Below are positions 1 through 8,817 of a stretch of 64,000 nt of DNA, in pieces. The notes under the pieces were generated by a model, which made no database searches, was not told where the DNA came from, and saw nothing but the letters and a program-made list of their open reading frames with translations. The first letter of the stretch is position 1, and each line of letters starts with the position of its first letter. The stretch lies in assembly GCA_044226015.1 (NCBI GenBank), contig JBGAHS010000001.1, positions 1,280,001 through 1,344,000 on the forward strand, read 5' to 3'. The DNA is from Candidatus Obscuribacteraceae bacterium. GTDB taxonomy: Bacteria > Cyanobacteriota > Vampirovibrionia > Obscuribacterales > Obscuribacteraceae. The position numbers and the translations under genes are program-made.

Positions 1-1
1 C

Positions 2-787
2 GTGACCGCTCAATTCTTTGCACTGGGACAGACGATAGGCGGCAGCTCCTGCTATTACACAGTCCGGCACGACGGCTCCAAGTGCGAGATGACGAACAGC
101 ACCGGCACCATTGTCTGGCAGCAGAGCTTTGATCCTTATGGACTTCCGACGACAATAATCAACACCACCGCTGGTGACTTCGGTTATTGCGGTTACTACG
201 TGCATAGTCGTTCAGGGCTGAATTTAACACGCACAAGGGCCTATAGTGCCAGCCTTGGCAGATTCATCAACCGTGATCCGATTGAGGAAGCCGGGGGCGT
301 GAATCTTTATGCATACGTTGCAAATGACCCGGTGGAATGGTCAGATCCGTCCGGACATAACCCACTTGCAGGACTATTGGTGGGTCTCAGTCCGGAGGGT
401 GCAGCAGCATTGGCTGGTGCGTTAACGGCGCTTGGAATTGCTGGGAACTGGCTGCAGAACAATGCCCAGCAGTTAGGCAAGAATATCGGCGATTTTATGA
501 ATCAGATGGGTAAAAACCGCGCCGATAAAGACCAAGAGCGCGAGGAAAAGCGCGGCAAAGCGGCTAAGCCGAAAAAATGTGATCGAAAACCGAACTATCA
601 GAATACGCCTCAAGGGCAACAAGCGCAGAACGCACAAGCGGAGGCAGCCAAGCAAGCTGCGGAACAGGCAACCGGGCAGGAAATGACACCTGATCAAGAG
701 AGACAATTTCACGATAACATTAGTCATCAGGATCTCGGGTTCGAGGATCTGGTTGGTGAAGCGACGCGCATTCTAAACGGAAACTGA
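2..787 (+). CDS. Rhs repeat-associated core with C-terminal toxin tip (module 1; 5' end outside the window)
   Basis: Core motifs YYTVRHDGS, FDPYG, RAYSASLGRFINRDPIEEAGGVNLYAYVANDPVEWSDPSG (PxxxxDPxG), then a ~140-aa variable tip. Confidence 0.9.
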   Translation: MTAQFFALGQTIGGSSCYYTVRHDGSKCEMTNSTGTIVWQQSFDPYGLPTTIINTTAGDFGYCGYYVHSRSGLNLTRTRAYSASLGRFINRDPIEEAGGVNLYAYVANDPVEWSDPSGHNPLAGLLVGLSPEGAAALAGALTALGIAGNWLQNNAQQLGKNIGDFMNQMGKNRADKDQEREEKRGKAAKPKKCDRKPNYQNTPQGQQAQNAQAEAAKQAAEQATGQEMTPDQERQFHDNISHQDLGFEDLVGEATRILNGN

Positions 788-788
788 C

Positions 789-1262
789 ATGCCAAAAATC
801 GGTCCAGAATATTACGGCGCAGTCAGCCTGCTTTTCATGAGCGAGAGTTCCGATCCTAGTGAAATCACTAAGTTACTAGGGACTGCTCCTACCGAAAGCT
901 GGAGGAAGGGAGACCATCCAACTGGCAGCTTTAAGCGTAAGCAGTCGACCTGGCGATTGAAGAATCCAAAGGAAGACACCTACCGCCAATTAGAGAGCGA
1001 GATTATTTATTGGTTGGATTTTCTGCGTGATAGGCAGGAGCCCTTAACGCAGGCGAGGCTCCTCGGCTGGAGCTGCATCTTAGACTGCTTCATCTCAGCG
1101 CCAAGCACCATTACGCTGAACTTCACTGCCGATAAGTTGCGACTGTTAGCTGAGATCGGTGCCGATTTGTCAATCAACTGTTTTCGAACAACTCCAGAAC
1201 GATTTGAAAGGGGACTAAGGCAAAGTAAGCGATCTAGGCAAGTTGGTGGGAACAGTGATTAG
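789..1262 (+). CDS. Putative immunity protein, DUF4279-like
   Basis: Starts 1 bp after the toxin stop; DPSEITKLLGTAPTESWRKGD...STWRL and LRLLAEIGADLSI match the DUF4279 pattern. Confidence 0.7.
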   Translation: MPKIGPEYYGAVSLLFMSESSDPSEITKLLGTAPTESWRKGDHPTGSFKRKQSTWRLKNPKEDTYRQLESEIIYWLDFLRDRQEPLTQARLLGWSCILDCFISAPSTITLNFTADKLRLLAEIGADLSINCFRTTPERFERGLRQSKRSRQVGGNSD

Positions 1263-1779
1263 ATCTATAGCGATGGGCCGGGCCCGGCAACAATAGCCAG
1301 TTCTCATGGTCCTGAGAAGAAAAAGATTCGTTGTGCCGAGAAGGCGCTAGGATGTGTGCCTAGTAGACAAACTCGCGGCTGCGGCGACGATTGCTGCCGT
1401 TAAGGCTGGGAGGACGCGTGTCATGGGTTGGTATTCTTTGGCAAAAATAACCTCAACTTTTCCCACCGAGGCGGACATGCCATTTCCCCGTCTGGTCGAG
1501 GAAGCGATTGTCCTTGTTGAGGCCGCCAATCTGCCTGAGGCGCACACAAAGCTCCAACACAACTGAGTTTAGCAGTCGGTGAGACGTTAGAGGTTGTGTA
1601 CATTTCGGATTGGGGAGGTAAACCATTTTTTGCCGCCACTTAGCTTGAATTCTTTCCGTTTCGCATGCTTCCCAGATGGGATGTATAAAGTGACGCACCA
1701 TTGCTTTTATCGCCGCTAAATGTTGTTTGTTCATCAAAGGGCTAATACCTCCAACTGACATTGACAATTTTCTTTGTTC

Positions 1780-1787
1780 ACTTCTGA
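1780..1787. repeat. IS66 target-site duplication ACTTCTGA, left copy (right copy 4836-4843)
   Basis: Exact 8-bp direct repeat abutting both IS ends. Confidence 0.93.
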
Positions 1788-1883
1788 GTATCCGTCCGCC
1801 ACGGGACGTGGTTGTTAACCTCCGTGAAAATATGAGATCACTATTGTGTTAGTGATACTGAGTTTGTGATGATTGACAGTTTG

Positions 1884-3458
1884 CTAAGTGATGAAGCTCG
1901 TGGCTTTCTTCCAACGATCCGGAAGGAATTGATCAATCTCAGACAACTTTGTCTGATTGATCTTGGCGAAGACATCAGCCAAGTATTCAACGGGGTTCAA
2001 TCCATTCCGCTTTGCCGAGGCTATCAGTGTGAAGTGTATTGCAAGGGCTTTGGCTCCTGCTTCAGACCCCGCAAACAGGAAGTTCTTTCTAGACAAAACG
2101 AATTGTTTGATTTCGCGTTCCGAGGCATTGTTATCGACTTCGATCTCCGGATTTTTAAGAAAGCGCGTAAGAGCTCTCCAGTGATTCAAAGAATAGTTAG
2201 CAGCCTCGGCCAAAAGATGGCTGGGCGAAAACAATTTCTTGTTTTTAGAGTGAATGTGCCGAAGCTCTCTCATCAATGGCTTCGAGAATCTTCGGCGAAG
2301 CGCGAGTCTGGCATCCGGGCTCAGCTTCTTTCCCCGTTTCTCAATTTTGTAAATGCGCTCGTAAATGTCGAGCATCTTTCCCGCAATCTCCAATTCCATG
2401 ATTTGAGCGTTGAAGATTCTGCGCCTGGCGTGTGTGTTGCAGCCAGCTTCAGTGGCGCCATTACCGAGTTCATCCTTCTCGAACAGGGCATCGAAACCAC
2501 TGGCCGCATCAGCTTGAATGATGCCAAAGTAGCCTTTGAAGAAATCTTTGTTTACTTGGAAATTAAGTGACTTCGAATAGAGGAAAGCCACAAGCTTATG
2601 CGAGGTGTCGCCGCGGCACACAATCATTTTGCTTCTCCGAATCTTTTTCATGTTGCTGGGAGTTCGGTCTTGAACTTTGATTTGGGTTTCATCGGTTTGT
2701 ACTACTCTGGATTTCAGAATCTCGCGTTTGATCAATTCGTAGAGAGGTTCAACTGCCAGCGACAATGCGATGAACCAGTCGCACTGTGTAGAGCGAGGAA
2801 TCGGAATAGAATCCCGAGCAAACTTTTTCTCTTGTCTGAAGTTTGGCAAACCGTATTCAACCTTGTCGCTGACAATTTGCGCCAGAAGAGTAGGACCAGC
2901 GTAACTGCCAGGAATTGGCAGTTCGGGCTTATGGGCTTTACGAATATACTGTTTGCATTTTGGGCACGCTCTTGTTTCCTGCTGGTGCTCGATGTGCTTC
3001 AACGAACGAAGTATGGTTTCAAGTTCGTGGGTGACTTTGTTGCAAACGAATTTTGTTTCGACGTTACAGTTAGGGCAAATTCTCTCACTATCGGGAACCA
3101 GGTGCTGCGTGATTTCATCAACGGGAAGATCGGCCAACGCTGTGTCTCGAACCAGCTCGTCATCATTTCGTTGTCTACGGTCCGAAACTGTCGGCGCTGG
3201 TCTAGGATTTCTTCCTTCTGATTTGCTGCCGAATTGACTCCGATCTCTATTTTTCTTTTTTGCAATTAGCAAGTCTAGTTTCTCTTGGACCTGTGAAAGC
3301 TGGCGCAAGAGTTCTGCGTTGCCTTCGAGAGCAGTCTGCAGAGTTTTTTGCATCTCTGAAAGCTGTTTTTTTAGTAGCTCATTTTTTTCGCGCTCGGCTT
3401 GGAAGAGCTGTTTGAAGTCTGATTCGATTTCTGGTTCGGATTCTGGCAATGCGAGCAC
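1884..3458 (-). CDS. tnpC: IS66 DDE transposase TnpC
   Basis: Coiled-coil N-terminus, FGSKSE, CPNC/CPKC zinc finger, QTDET, QADA, GCNTHARR, DNNASEREIK, NGLNPVEYL C-terminal element. Confidence 0.95.
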   Translation of the reverse strand: MLALPESEPEIESDFKQLFQAEREKNELLKKQLSEMQKTLQTALEGNAELLRQLSQVQEKLDLLIAKKKNRDRSQFGSKSEGRNPRPAPTVSDRRQRNDDELVRDTALADLPVDEITQHLVPDSERICPNCNVETKFVCNKVTHELETILRSLKHIEHQQETRACPKCKQYIRKAHKPELPIPGSYAGPTLLAQIVSDKVEYGLPNFRQEKKFARDSIPIPRSTQCDWFIALSLAVEPLYELIKREILKSRVVQTDETQIKVQDRTPSNMKKIRRSKMIVCRGDTSHKLVAFLYSKSLNFQVNKDFFKGYFGIIQADAASGFDALFEKDELGNGATEAGCNTHARRRIFNAQIMELEIAGKMLDIYERIYKIEKRGKKLSPDARLALRRRFSKPLMRELRHIHSKNKKLFSPSHLLAEAANYSLNHWRALTRFLKNPEIEVDNNASEREIKQFVLSRKNFLFAGSEAGAKALAIHFTLIASAKRNGLNPVEYLADVFAKINQTKLSEIDQFLPDRWKKATSFIT

Positions 3459-3657
3459 CTTCGGCTGATTGCCTAATTATGATCCATGATGTATCTAAAG
3501 GACAGAGGAGGCAGCAATCAATTTGAGGAGATCAGCGAGATTTCATTTAGCCATCATATCTGGTGGCTAAAATATCGAGACGTTGCAATTCAGGTTCTGA
3601 TATCGTTATATTATGTTTCACTCCTCGTTTCGTCAAAAGCTTATGAATAGGCAATTT

Positions 3658-4074
3658 TCAGCGAGCCAGAGTTTTCACAAGTACTTTTGGGGTAGTCCCA
3701 GCCTTTCGATCCCGGTGAGGTTGGCGATATCGTTTTAGCCGTTTTACAGAGGCAGTGTCTATTCCTTCAAGAAGCATGATCAGATCCGCGCGCTCAATTT
3801 GAACTGGTTCGTACTCCCCATTGACGAACTTAACTTCTGGAAATTGGAAAGTTCCAGACTCAAGCCGCTTAGAATAAATAGCCCAGCCATCCAGGTCCCA
3901 CCACAATATCTTGATGAATTTGCTACGCCCTCCGTGAAAGATGAACAGGCTTCCGGAATATGGGTCTTCAGCGAAGTGATTGCGTGCAAGTTCAAGCAAC
4001 CCATCAAACGAACGCCTCATGTCGGCTGGTTTTGTGCAAACAAAAATGCGAGTGGCTGGAGTAAGTTGAAACAC
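3658..4074 (-). CDS. tnpB: IS66 accessory protein TnpB
   Basis: DMRRSFDGL, SGSLFIF, KILWWDLDGWAIYSKRLESGTF. Confidence 0.95.
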   Translation of the reverse strand: MFQLTPATRIFVCTKPADMRRSFDGLLELARNHFAEDPYSGSLFIFHGGRSKFIKILWWDLDGWAIYSKRLESGTFQFPEVKFVNGEYEPVQIERADLIMLLEGIDTASVKRLKRYRQPHRDRKAGTTPKVLVKTLAR

Positions 4075-4089
4075 TTTGAATTCTCCGTT

Positions 4090-4665
4090 CTATTTATGCT
4101 CGACAGGTTTGCTGTTACGTAATCCGTTAATTAGTCGCACGATTAGATCCACTGATGCGGTATTGCTACAAGAAATGCATGTGCCATCGATTAGTGTTAC
4201 TAGAATCGTTTCGTCGAGAGACTTTACTGGTTCCGAAGACGGTGGGGAGTTACCCGATATCTCCACTGGAATGAAGGCTGGGGGCTGAACTGCTTGCCCA
4301 GTTTGCGCCGGTCTTCGTCCGAGCTTGGTCTGCCAGTAGTGCAAGGAACCACTGGTAATCCCATGCTCTTTGCAGAAATCCCTAATGCTGCCACGATATT
4401 GCTCCAAGTCAGAAAAGATTTGAGTCCAATATTTGGTTCGGGATTTAAGTTGTGAGGGGCGGTTCTCCCCGATGCTTATTTCTGATTCGAGTCCTTTTTC
4501 TTCATCGCGCCTGCGGAGTTCTGCTCGCCAAAATTGAAATGTATTTGGCGATATGTTTTCAATTGCGCAAAACTTTTTGAATGGCAGTTGGCTCGCTTGA
4601 AATTTCTTCAATATCTCGCGCCAGTATCGCTCCCTTTCGGGATCCACCCTTCGTTTCTTTCTCAT
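4090..4665 (-). CDS. tnpA: IS66 accessory protein TnpA with two tandem HTH-like units (likely start ATG 4665; track ORF begins 4755)
   Basis: YWREILKKFQASQLPFKKFCAIENISPNTFQFWR and YWTQIFSDLEQYRGSIRDFCKEHGITSGSLHYWQ, followed by PAFIPVEI. Confidence 0.85.
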   Translation of the reverse strand: MRKKRRVDPERERYWREILKKFQASQLPFKKFCAIENISPNTFQFWRAELRRRDEEKGLESEISIGENRPSQLKSRTKYWTQIFSDLEQYRGSIRDFCKEHGITSGSLHYWQTKLGRRPAQTGQAVQPPAFIPVEISGNSPPSSEPVKSLDETILVTLIDGTCISCSNTASVDLIVRLINGLRNSKPVEHK

Positions 4666-4846
4666 CCCATTCCTTAACCAAACCAGAATCGCACGATTCC
4701 TGAACCGGCTTCGATTCTTTGCTAATGCTTGTTTGTTCCGACAACAGTCAATCACTTCGGTACTCTTGTCGCGAACTTCTTTATCAAATCATTTTTGCGC
4801 AGATGCCTCTACCACGCTCCACCTCGGACGGATACACTTCTGAAGC

Positions 4847-4880
4847 AAAGATAGCCGAAAAGGATTCGGCTATCTTTTCC
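4847..4880. terminator. Intrinsic (possibly bidirectional) terminator hairpin
   Basis: AAAGATAGCCGAA-aagga-TTCGGCTATCTTT, perfect 13-bp stem. Confidence 0.7.
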
Positions 4881-4973
4881 TTTGCACTGGTGTTTTCGCA
4901 TATTTCAAACCGCATATCTCTCCAAACACCATTTCGGCTAAGCTGAAATGGAAAATCGAGAAATTTGCCACCG

Positions 4974-5163
4974 ATGAAACAAAAAAACCTTGATCGAAGA
5001 GCTCTAGGAAGCTGAGGTAAAAGACCAGGCACTTGCAGCAATGAAACTTGGACGACAAGGCTTCAGAAATGTTTTGCTTATCACCGTTGCCTACCGACAT
5101 GCCATGCGTGTTTCCGAGGTTGCCGAATTGCGTCCTTCTCACCCGGCGGTTTGGCGTGAATAA
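4974..5163 (+). pseudogene. Truncated, frameshifted FimB/FimE-like tyrosine recombinase N-terminus
   Basis: MKQKNLDRRAL / frameshift near 5007 / EAEVKDQALAAMKLGRQGFRNVLLITVAYRHAMRVSEVAELR resembles Fim-type RD..LILLAYRHGxRxSE; stop TAA 5161-5163. Confidence 0.7.
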
Positions 5164-5206
5164 CTTCTTACTGCGCTGAAATCAAGACTTCTCCCACCGG
5201 AAACAT

Positions 5207-5300
5207 CACCCAATTTTCGTATGATGCACTTTCGCGCGCCACGAAAATCGAGGAGCGCACTGCTGGCAGTGTCACTTCGACGAAGCAACATGTATGGTGT
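5207..5300 (+). repeat. 94-bp direct repeat, copy 1 (Rhs core block TQFSYDALSRATKIEERxAGSVTSTKQHVWC)
   Basis: 92/94 identical to 7839-7932. Confidence 0.95.
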
Positions 5301-5339
5301 CGCTCTGAAAGAGTAGAGGAGAGAGACGCAACAGGGTCC

Positions 5340-6167
5340 TTGAGCACCGGAAAGCAATTCTTGGCTCTGGGACAAAGAAACTTCGTGAGTGGAGTTGGAA
5401 GTAACTACTTCTACACTTTGGATGCTTCACCCGGAAATGTAAGAGAAATGATTGACGCCGCTGGCAGCGTGATTGCGCAGTATAGCTATGATCCCTACGG
5501 AGTCAAAACAAAGATCCAAGGCTCCGGAGACTCAGATTTTCAATACGCCGGATATTACCTGAATTCAAGATCGGCTTTATACGCAACGGCCACACGATTT
5601 TACAATGCGAACGGAGCTAAGTTCATCAATCGAGATTCGATTGGCGAAAACGGCGGTGTAAACCTTTATGGGTACGTGGACAATAACCCAATTTCATCTA
5701 AAGACTCCAGCGGGATGGGCACAATAGCCATGCGGGTGCCACCGCTAATGATTCCTCGTCCCATGCCAGTTCCTAGGTCAAAACCACAAGAACCTCCAGC
5801 ACCAACAAATCCTCATCCAGGTAAGCACAATAACAGCGGGGACGACGAGGACAAAGACAAGGACGACGACAAAGGTGATTGCGATGACGGAGGAGGCGGC
5901 GGCGGTGGTGGTGGCGGCGGTGGTGAGCCAGGAGAGGGCAATCCAGGGTCTTCTGATGATGACGACGTTGTTCGAAAATGTATCTTAAGACAGATCGCCA
6001 AAGCTGCCGGTCAGAGAACCATCGTAAAAATGGTTTACCCCAATAACAAGGGACAACGATGGAACGATGTTAATCAAAATAAGGCTTTTTCGAAAATTGA
6101 TTACAAGCTTCAGGTAAACATTGGGCTATGTCTTCGTGGAATTAACCCTGACGCATTAGGGCAATGA
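5340..6167 (+). CDS. Orphan Rhs core + C-terminal tip (module 2); frame is open from 5160 without a convincing start
   Basis: YSYDPYG, FQYAGYY, NRDSIGENGGVNLYGYVDNNPISSKDSSG; Pro-, Asp- and Gly12-rich linker, then a ~65-aa tip. Confidence 0.85.
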   Translation: MSTGKQFLALGQRNFVSGVGSNYFYTLDASPGNVREMIDAAGSVIAQYSYDPYGVKTKIQGSGDSDFQYAGYYLNSRSALYATATRFYNANGAKFINRDSIGENGGVNLYGYVDNNPISSKDSSGMGTIAMRVPPLMIPRPMPVPRSKPQEPPAPTNPHPGKHNNSGDDEDKDKDDDKGDCDDGGGGGGGGGGGGEPGEGNPGSSDDDDVVRKCILRQIAKAAGQRTIVKMVYPNNKGQRWNDVNQNKAFSKIDYKLQVNIGLCLRGINPDALGQ

Positions 6168-6839
6168 ACTCTGTTCCGTCAATAGTGGGGTTATTCTAAA
6201 TTCCCATGCTCTCGATGCTTCGTCCGAACCAATGGAAAAGTCAACAAGGTCAACCTCATCACCGTATTTTCTAATTGCGGCAAGAGCCTCTTCTATGTTC
6301 GTTCTAGGAATGAAGTATCGAATTGTGGAAGCTCCAATCAAACAGCTCTCTGCATCCAGCACCAAATCTATCGTGCTTTCATTTGCTTCGCCTTTTACTT
6401 GTTCAAGTGTAGAACCGCACGGACTCATCACGTTTATCATTGAATACAGCTTGAGTAAGGAGCTATCTTCGTTTAGATATGGCGCGAGAAGCAATCGAGG
6501 AATTAATTCTGCTGCACCGCAGTGAACTCTTGCGTAGGATAGTGCTTGGTCAATTGGAACCATCACTTCTTCGACAGGGGTCCACAAGTGGCACCGCCCA
6601 TCTGCAAAGGATAGTTCCATAGCGCGCAAGTATTCTTTCTTTGTAGGACCTCGATACTCTTCATCAGAACTCTCCATTTTGAAGGAGATGCGATTTAGTT
6701 CTCTTTGAAAATTAATGACGTACTTGCTTTTTGTTTCTAGTCCTGCATGAAAGGAATGAACCAATCCTGATTCTTTGAATCTAAAAAAGGACGCGTAGTT
6801 CTTGACCAAGCTGTCGAAGATACCTTCTCTTAAGTGCAT
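6156..6839 (-). CDS. Hypothetical protein convergent on Rhs module 2; candidate immunity/partner (possibly LolA-like fold)
   Basis: 227-aa ORF overlapping the toxin 3' end by 12 bp; NYASFFRFKESG...FQRELNRISF...GAAELIPRLLL pattern. Confidence 0.6.
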   Translation of the reverse strand: MHLREGIFDSLVKNYASFFRFKESGLVHSFHAGLETKSKYVINFQRELNRISFKMESSDEEYRGPTKKEYLRAMELSFADGRCHLWTPVEEVMVPIDQALSYARVHCGAAELIPRLLLAPYLNEDSSLLKLYSMINVMSPCGSTLEQVKGEANESTIDLVLDAESCLIGASTIRYFIPRTNIEEALAAIRKYGDEVDLVDFSIGSDEASRAWEFRITPLLTEQSSLP

Positions 6840-7317
6840 GTTGTTTCACCGATTTCTGTAAGAAGTACATCGTCTGCGACCTTCAAACGACTCTTGTCTT
6901 TGGTTGAGCGTGTTGGCACTCTCTTGCATGCTTGTGTTATGCCCCGCATTCAATTTAGTTGAACGCTTGACTCGGGTGGAACTTATTTTGAGAGACTCAC
7001 CTGGCTCAAAAAGGCAAGGATAAAGCAATATTTTTGATCTTGTTTCTCTGGATCTGTTGACGCATGTTTGCCTGCGTGTGCTCTTCCGGCTATGCCCCTG
7101 TTGAGAGCTCTGTTCTCAGGCAACTACTATTGGGTAGTGTGTAAAAAGTAAAAGACTGCATGAAGACAAACAATTGTCCAAGTCTGCATTAGTGGGATAT
7201 GATTCAACTTTGACGCTCAGGTGATAAACATGTTTAAGATCAGGCGCTGGCAGTATTGGTGAGGGAGGACATGTTAATGTAAGTGTTCTGCTTACTCGAA
7301 GTCGGCAAAAAATCGTT

Positions 7318-7433
7318 GCGCCGAGTGATTGCACCGAGGAGGAAAAAGTCAAATTCAAAAGGCTGTAGATTCGATTACGCAATCAATCAAGCAACAGGTT
7401 CTTGATGAAATTTACTCACTTCATCCTCAATAA
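7318..7433 (+). pseudogene. Possible eroded immunity-type gene fragment
   Basis: With one frameshift reads APSDCTEEEKVKFK/KAVDSITQSIKQQVLDEIYSLHPQ, like small helical proteins seen in Rhs loci (recalled, unverified). Confidence 0.3.
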
Positions 7434-7700
7434 TATCCTCGGACTGCTCTAAGCGGCGGCTTAGCATTGCGACTTCCGCATTCAATCGCTTGATCTTTTT
7501 CGCTTCAGCACTCTCCTTCGGTCCACGCTTTCTCGGCTCCAGGGACCTCTGTGCTCGATCAGCTCGCCGCTTCTGCAAAGTGGCAGCGTAAGTTTTGGAG
7601 AGCGCGGAAAAGCTCAACCATCTCCTGTGTTGCTCCAAGATGCAACGGCATTCGAATTTCCTTTCTAAGCTTTAGAAGATTCTCCTTGAGTCTGGCTAAT
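7387..7700 (-). pseudogene. Degraded IS3-family transposase OrfA remnant
   Basis: LEPRKRGPKESAEAKKIKRLNAEVAMLSRRLEQSEDIIE matches the IS3 OrfA C-terminal KRGPK + leucine zipper; upstream part disrupted; no OrfB. Confidence 0.6.
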
Positions 7701-7838
7701 GGCGTCTCAAGTTTCTTACAGCCAAAATCGCAAAACGGAATTTAAAGAGCCTCAATTAATCGTCTAAAGAACTTCAGAATACTCTAGCCCAGAGTATTTA
7801 ACAACCTCTGAAATCCATTCAAATTGCACCGGGAAAAA

Positions 7839-7932
7839 CACCCAATTTTCGTATGATGCACTTTCGCGCGCCACGAAAATCGAAGAGCGCGCTGCTGGCA
7901 GTGTCACTTCGACGAAGCAACATGTATGGTGT
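7839..7932 (+). repeat. 94-bp direct repeat, copy 2
   Basis: 92/94 identical to 5207-5300. Confidence 0.95.
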
Positions 7933-7971
7933 GGAACGGCTAGATGTGAAGAAAGAGATGCGTCGGGAAGC

Positions 7972-8817
7972 TTGAGCAATGGCAAGCAATTCTTCTCAAC
8001 AGGACAAGCTAACTTAAGTGGTGGCACTCCGACAAAGTTCTATTACAACCGAGACCACCTCGGCTCCATACGGGAGCTAACTGATTCAACTGGAGCCATT
8101 AAGACAAGATACTCTTTTGACCCTTATGGTCAGGTTGCAGAGACATTTGTGGCAGGCAGCATCTCGGCTGACATGCAGTATGATGGGTATTATGTGCATG
8201 GAAGAAGTGGACTCAATATGCCGGTCTACAGGGCTTATAATGCTGCTCTTGGTAGATTCTTCAATAGAGATCCCATCGACGAAAAAGGCGGTTTGAACTT
8301 GTTTGCTTACACGCTGAGCAACCCTGTAGGATTTACAGACCCTTTGGGATTGGAATGCCCAAAAGGACCACTAGTAGACGCTATCGTCAAAAAATTCGAA
8401 ATGGCTAAAGCCTTGCAAAAGAAAACGTCCATGGGCGGACTTGAAACTGGTGGCATAGGTGTATGGAACAATGGCAAGTTTACTACCTTTAAATGGGGAA
8501 CACCAACAACCTCATCGTCTTTCATCCTGGATACGTTTCCCGGCATGACTGATGTAATTCAAAATCATTTAAAAGTGCCTCCTTTGACTGATGCTGATTT
8601 AGAGAACAACCCTTCCATGACCGCAATGGAAGATGTTCAAAAGTCCGTTGATAATTCGAGCCGTTTGTGGACATTAGGATCTGATGGCGATATTACGATG
8701 TACAATGGAACCACTCATACGGGACAATGTACTGTACAAACTTGTATTTACGATAGTGCAGGTAATTTTAAACGCGAGTGCAAAGCCGATTGCACTAAAA
8801 TGGGCAGTGCTCATTAG
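7972..8817 (+). CDS. Orphan Rhs core + C-terminal tip (module 3); frame is open from 7768
   Basis: YYNRDHLGSIRELTD, FDPYG, NRDPIDEKGGLNLFAYTLSNPVGFTDPLGL. Confidence 0.9.
   Translation: MSNGKQFFSTGQANLSGGTPTKFYYNRDHLGSIRELTDSTGAIKTRYSFDPYGQVAETFVAGSISADMQYDGYYVHGRSGLNMPVYRAYNAALGRFFNRDPIDEKGGLNLFAYTLSNPVGFTDPLGLECPKGPLVDAIVKKFEMAKALQKKTSMGGLETGGIGVWNNGKFTTFKWGTPTTSSSFILDTFPGMTDVIQNHLKVPPLTDADLENNPSMTAMEDVQKSVDNSSRLWTLGSDGDITMYNGTTHTGQCTVQTCIYDSAGNFKRECKADCTKMGSAH

Larger units (their letters stand above)
1788..4835 (-). mobile_element. Complete IS66-family insertion sequence (3048 bp)
   Basis: tnpA-tnpB-tnpC; 25-bp imperfect terminal inverted repeats GTATCCGTCCG-N8-CGTGGT at 1788-1812 and 4811-4835 (19/25 identical); 8-bp target duplication ACTTCTGA at 1780-1787 and 4836-4843. 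Confidence 0.95.

Noticed and set aside
1347..1767. Short ORFs after the first immunity gene, or a gene interrupted by IS66
   Set aside because: No motifs; rejoining the empty site on the minus strand gives a stop within ~15 codons in the frame of ORF 4784-5041
1866..3265. Plus-strand ORFs within IS66
   Set aside because: Antisense shadows of tnpC
3594..3621. dif-like site (TTATGTTTCAC arm)
   Set aside because: XerC arm lacks the ATAA end, and the site lies inside an IS
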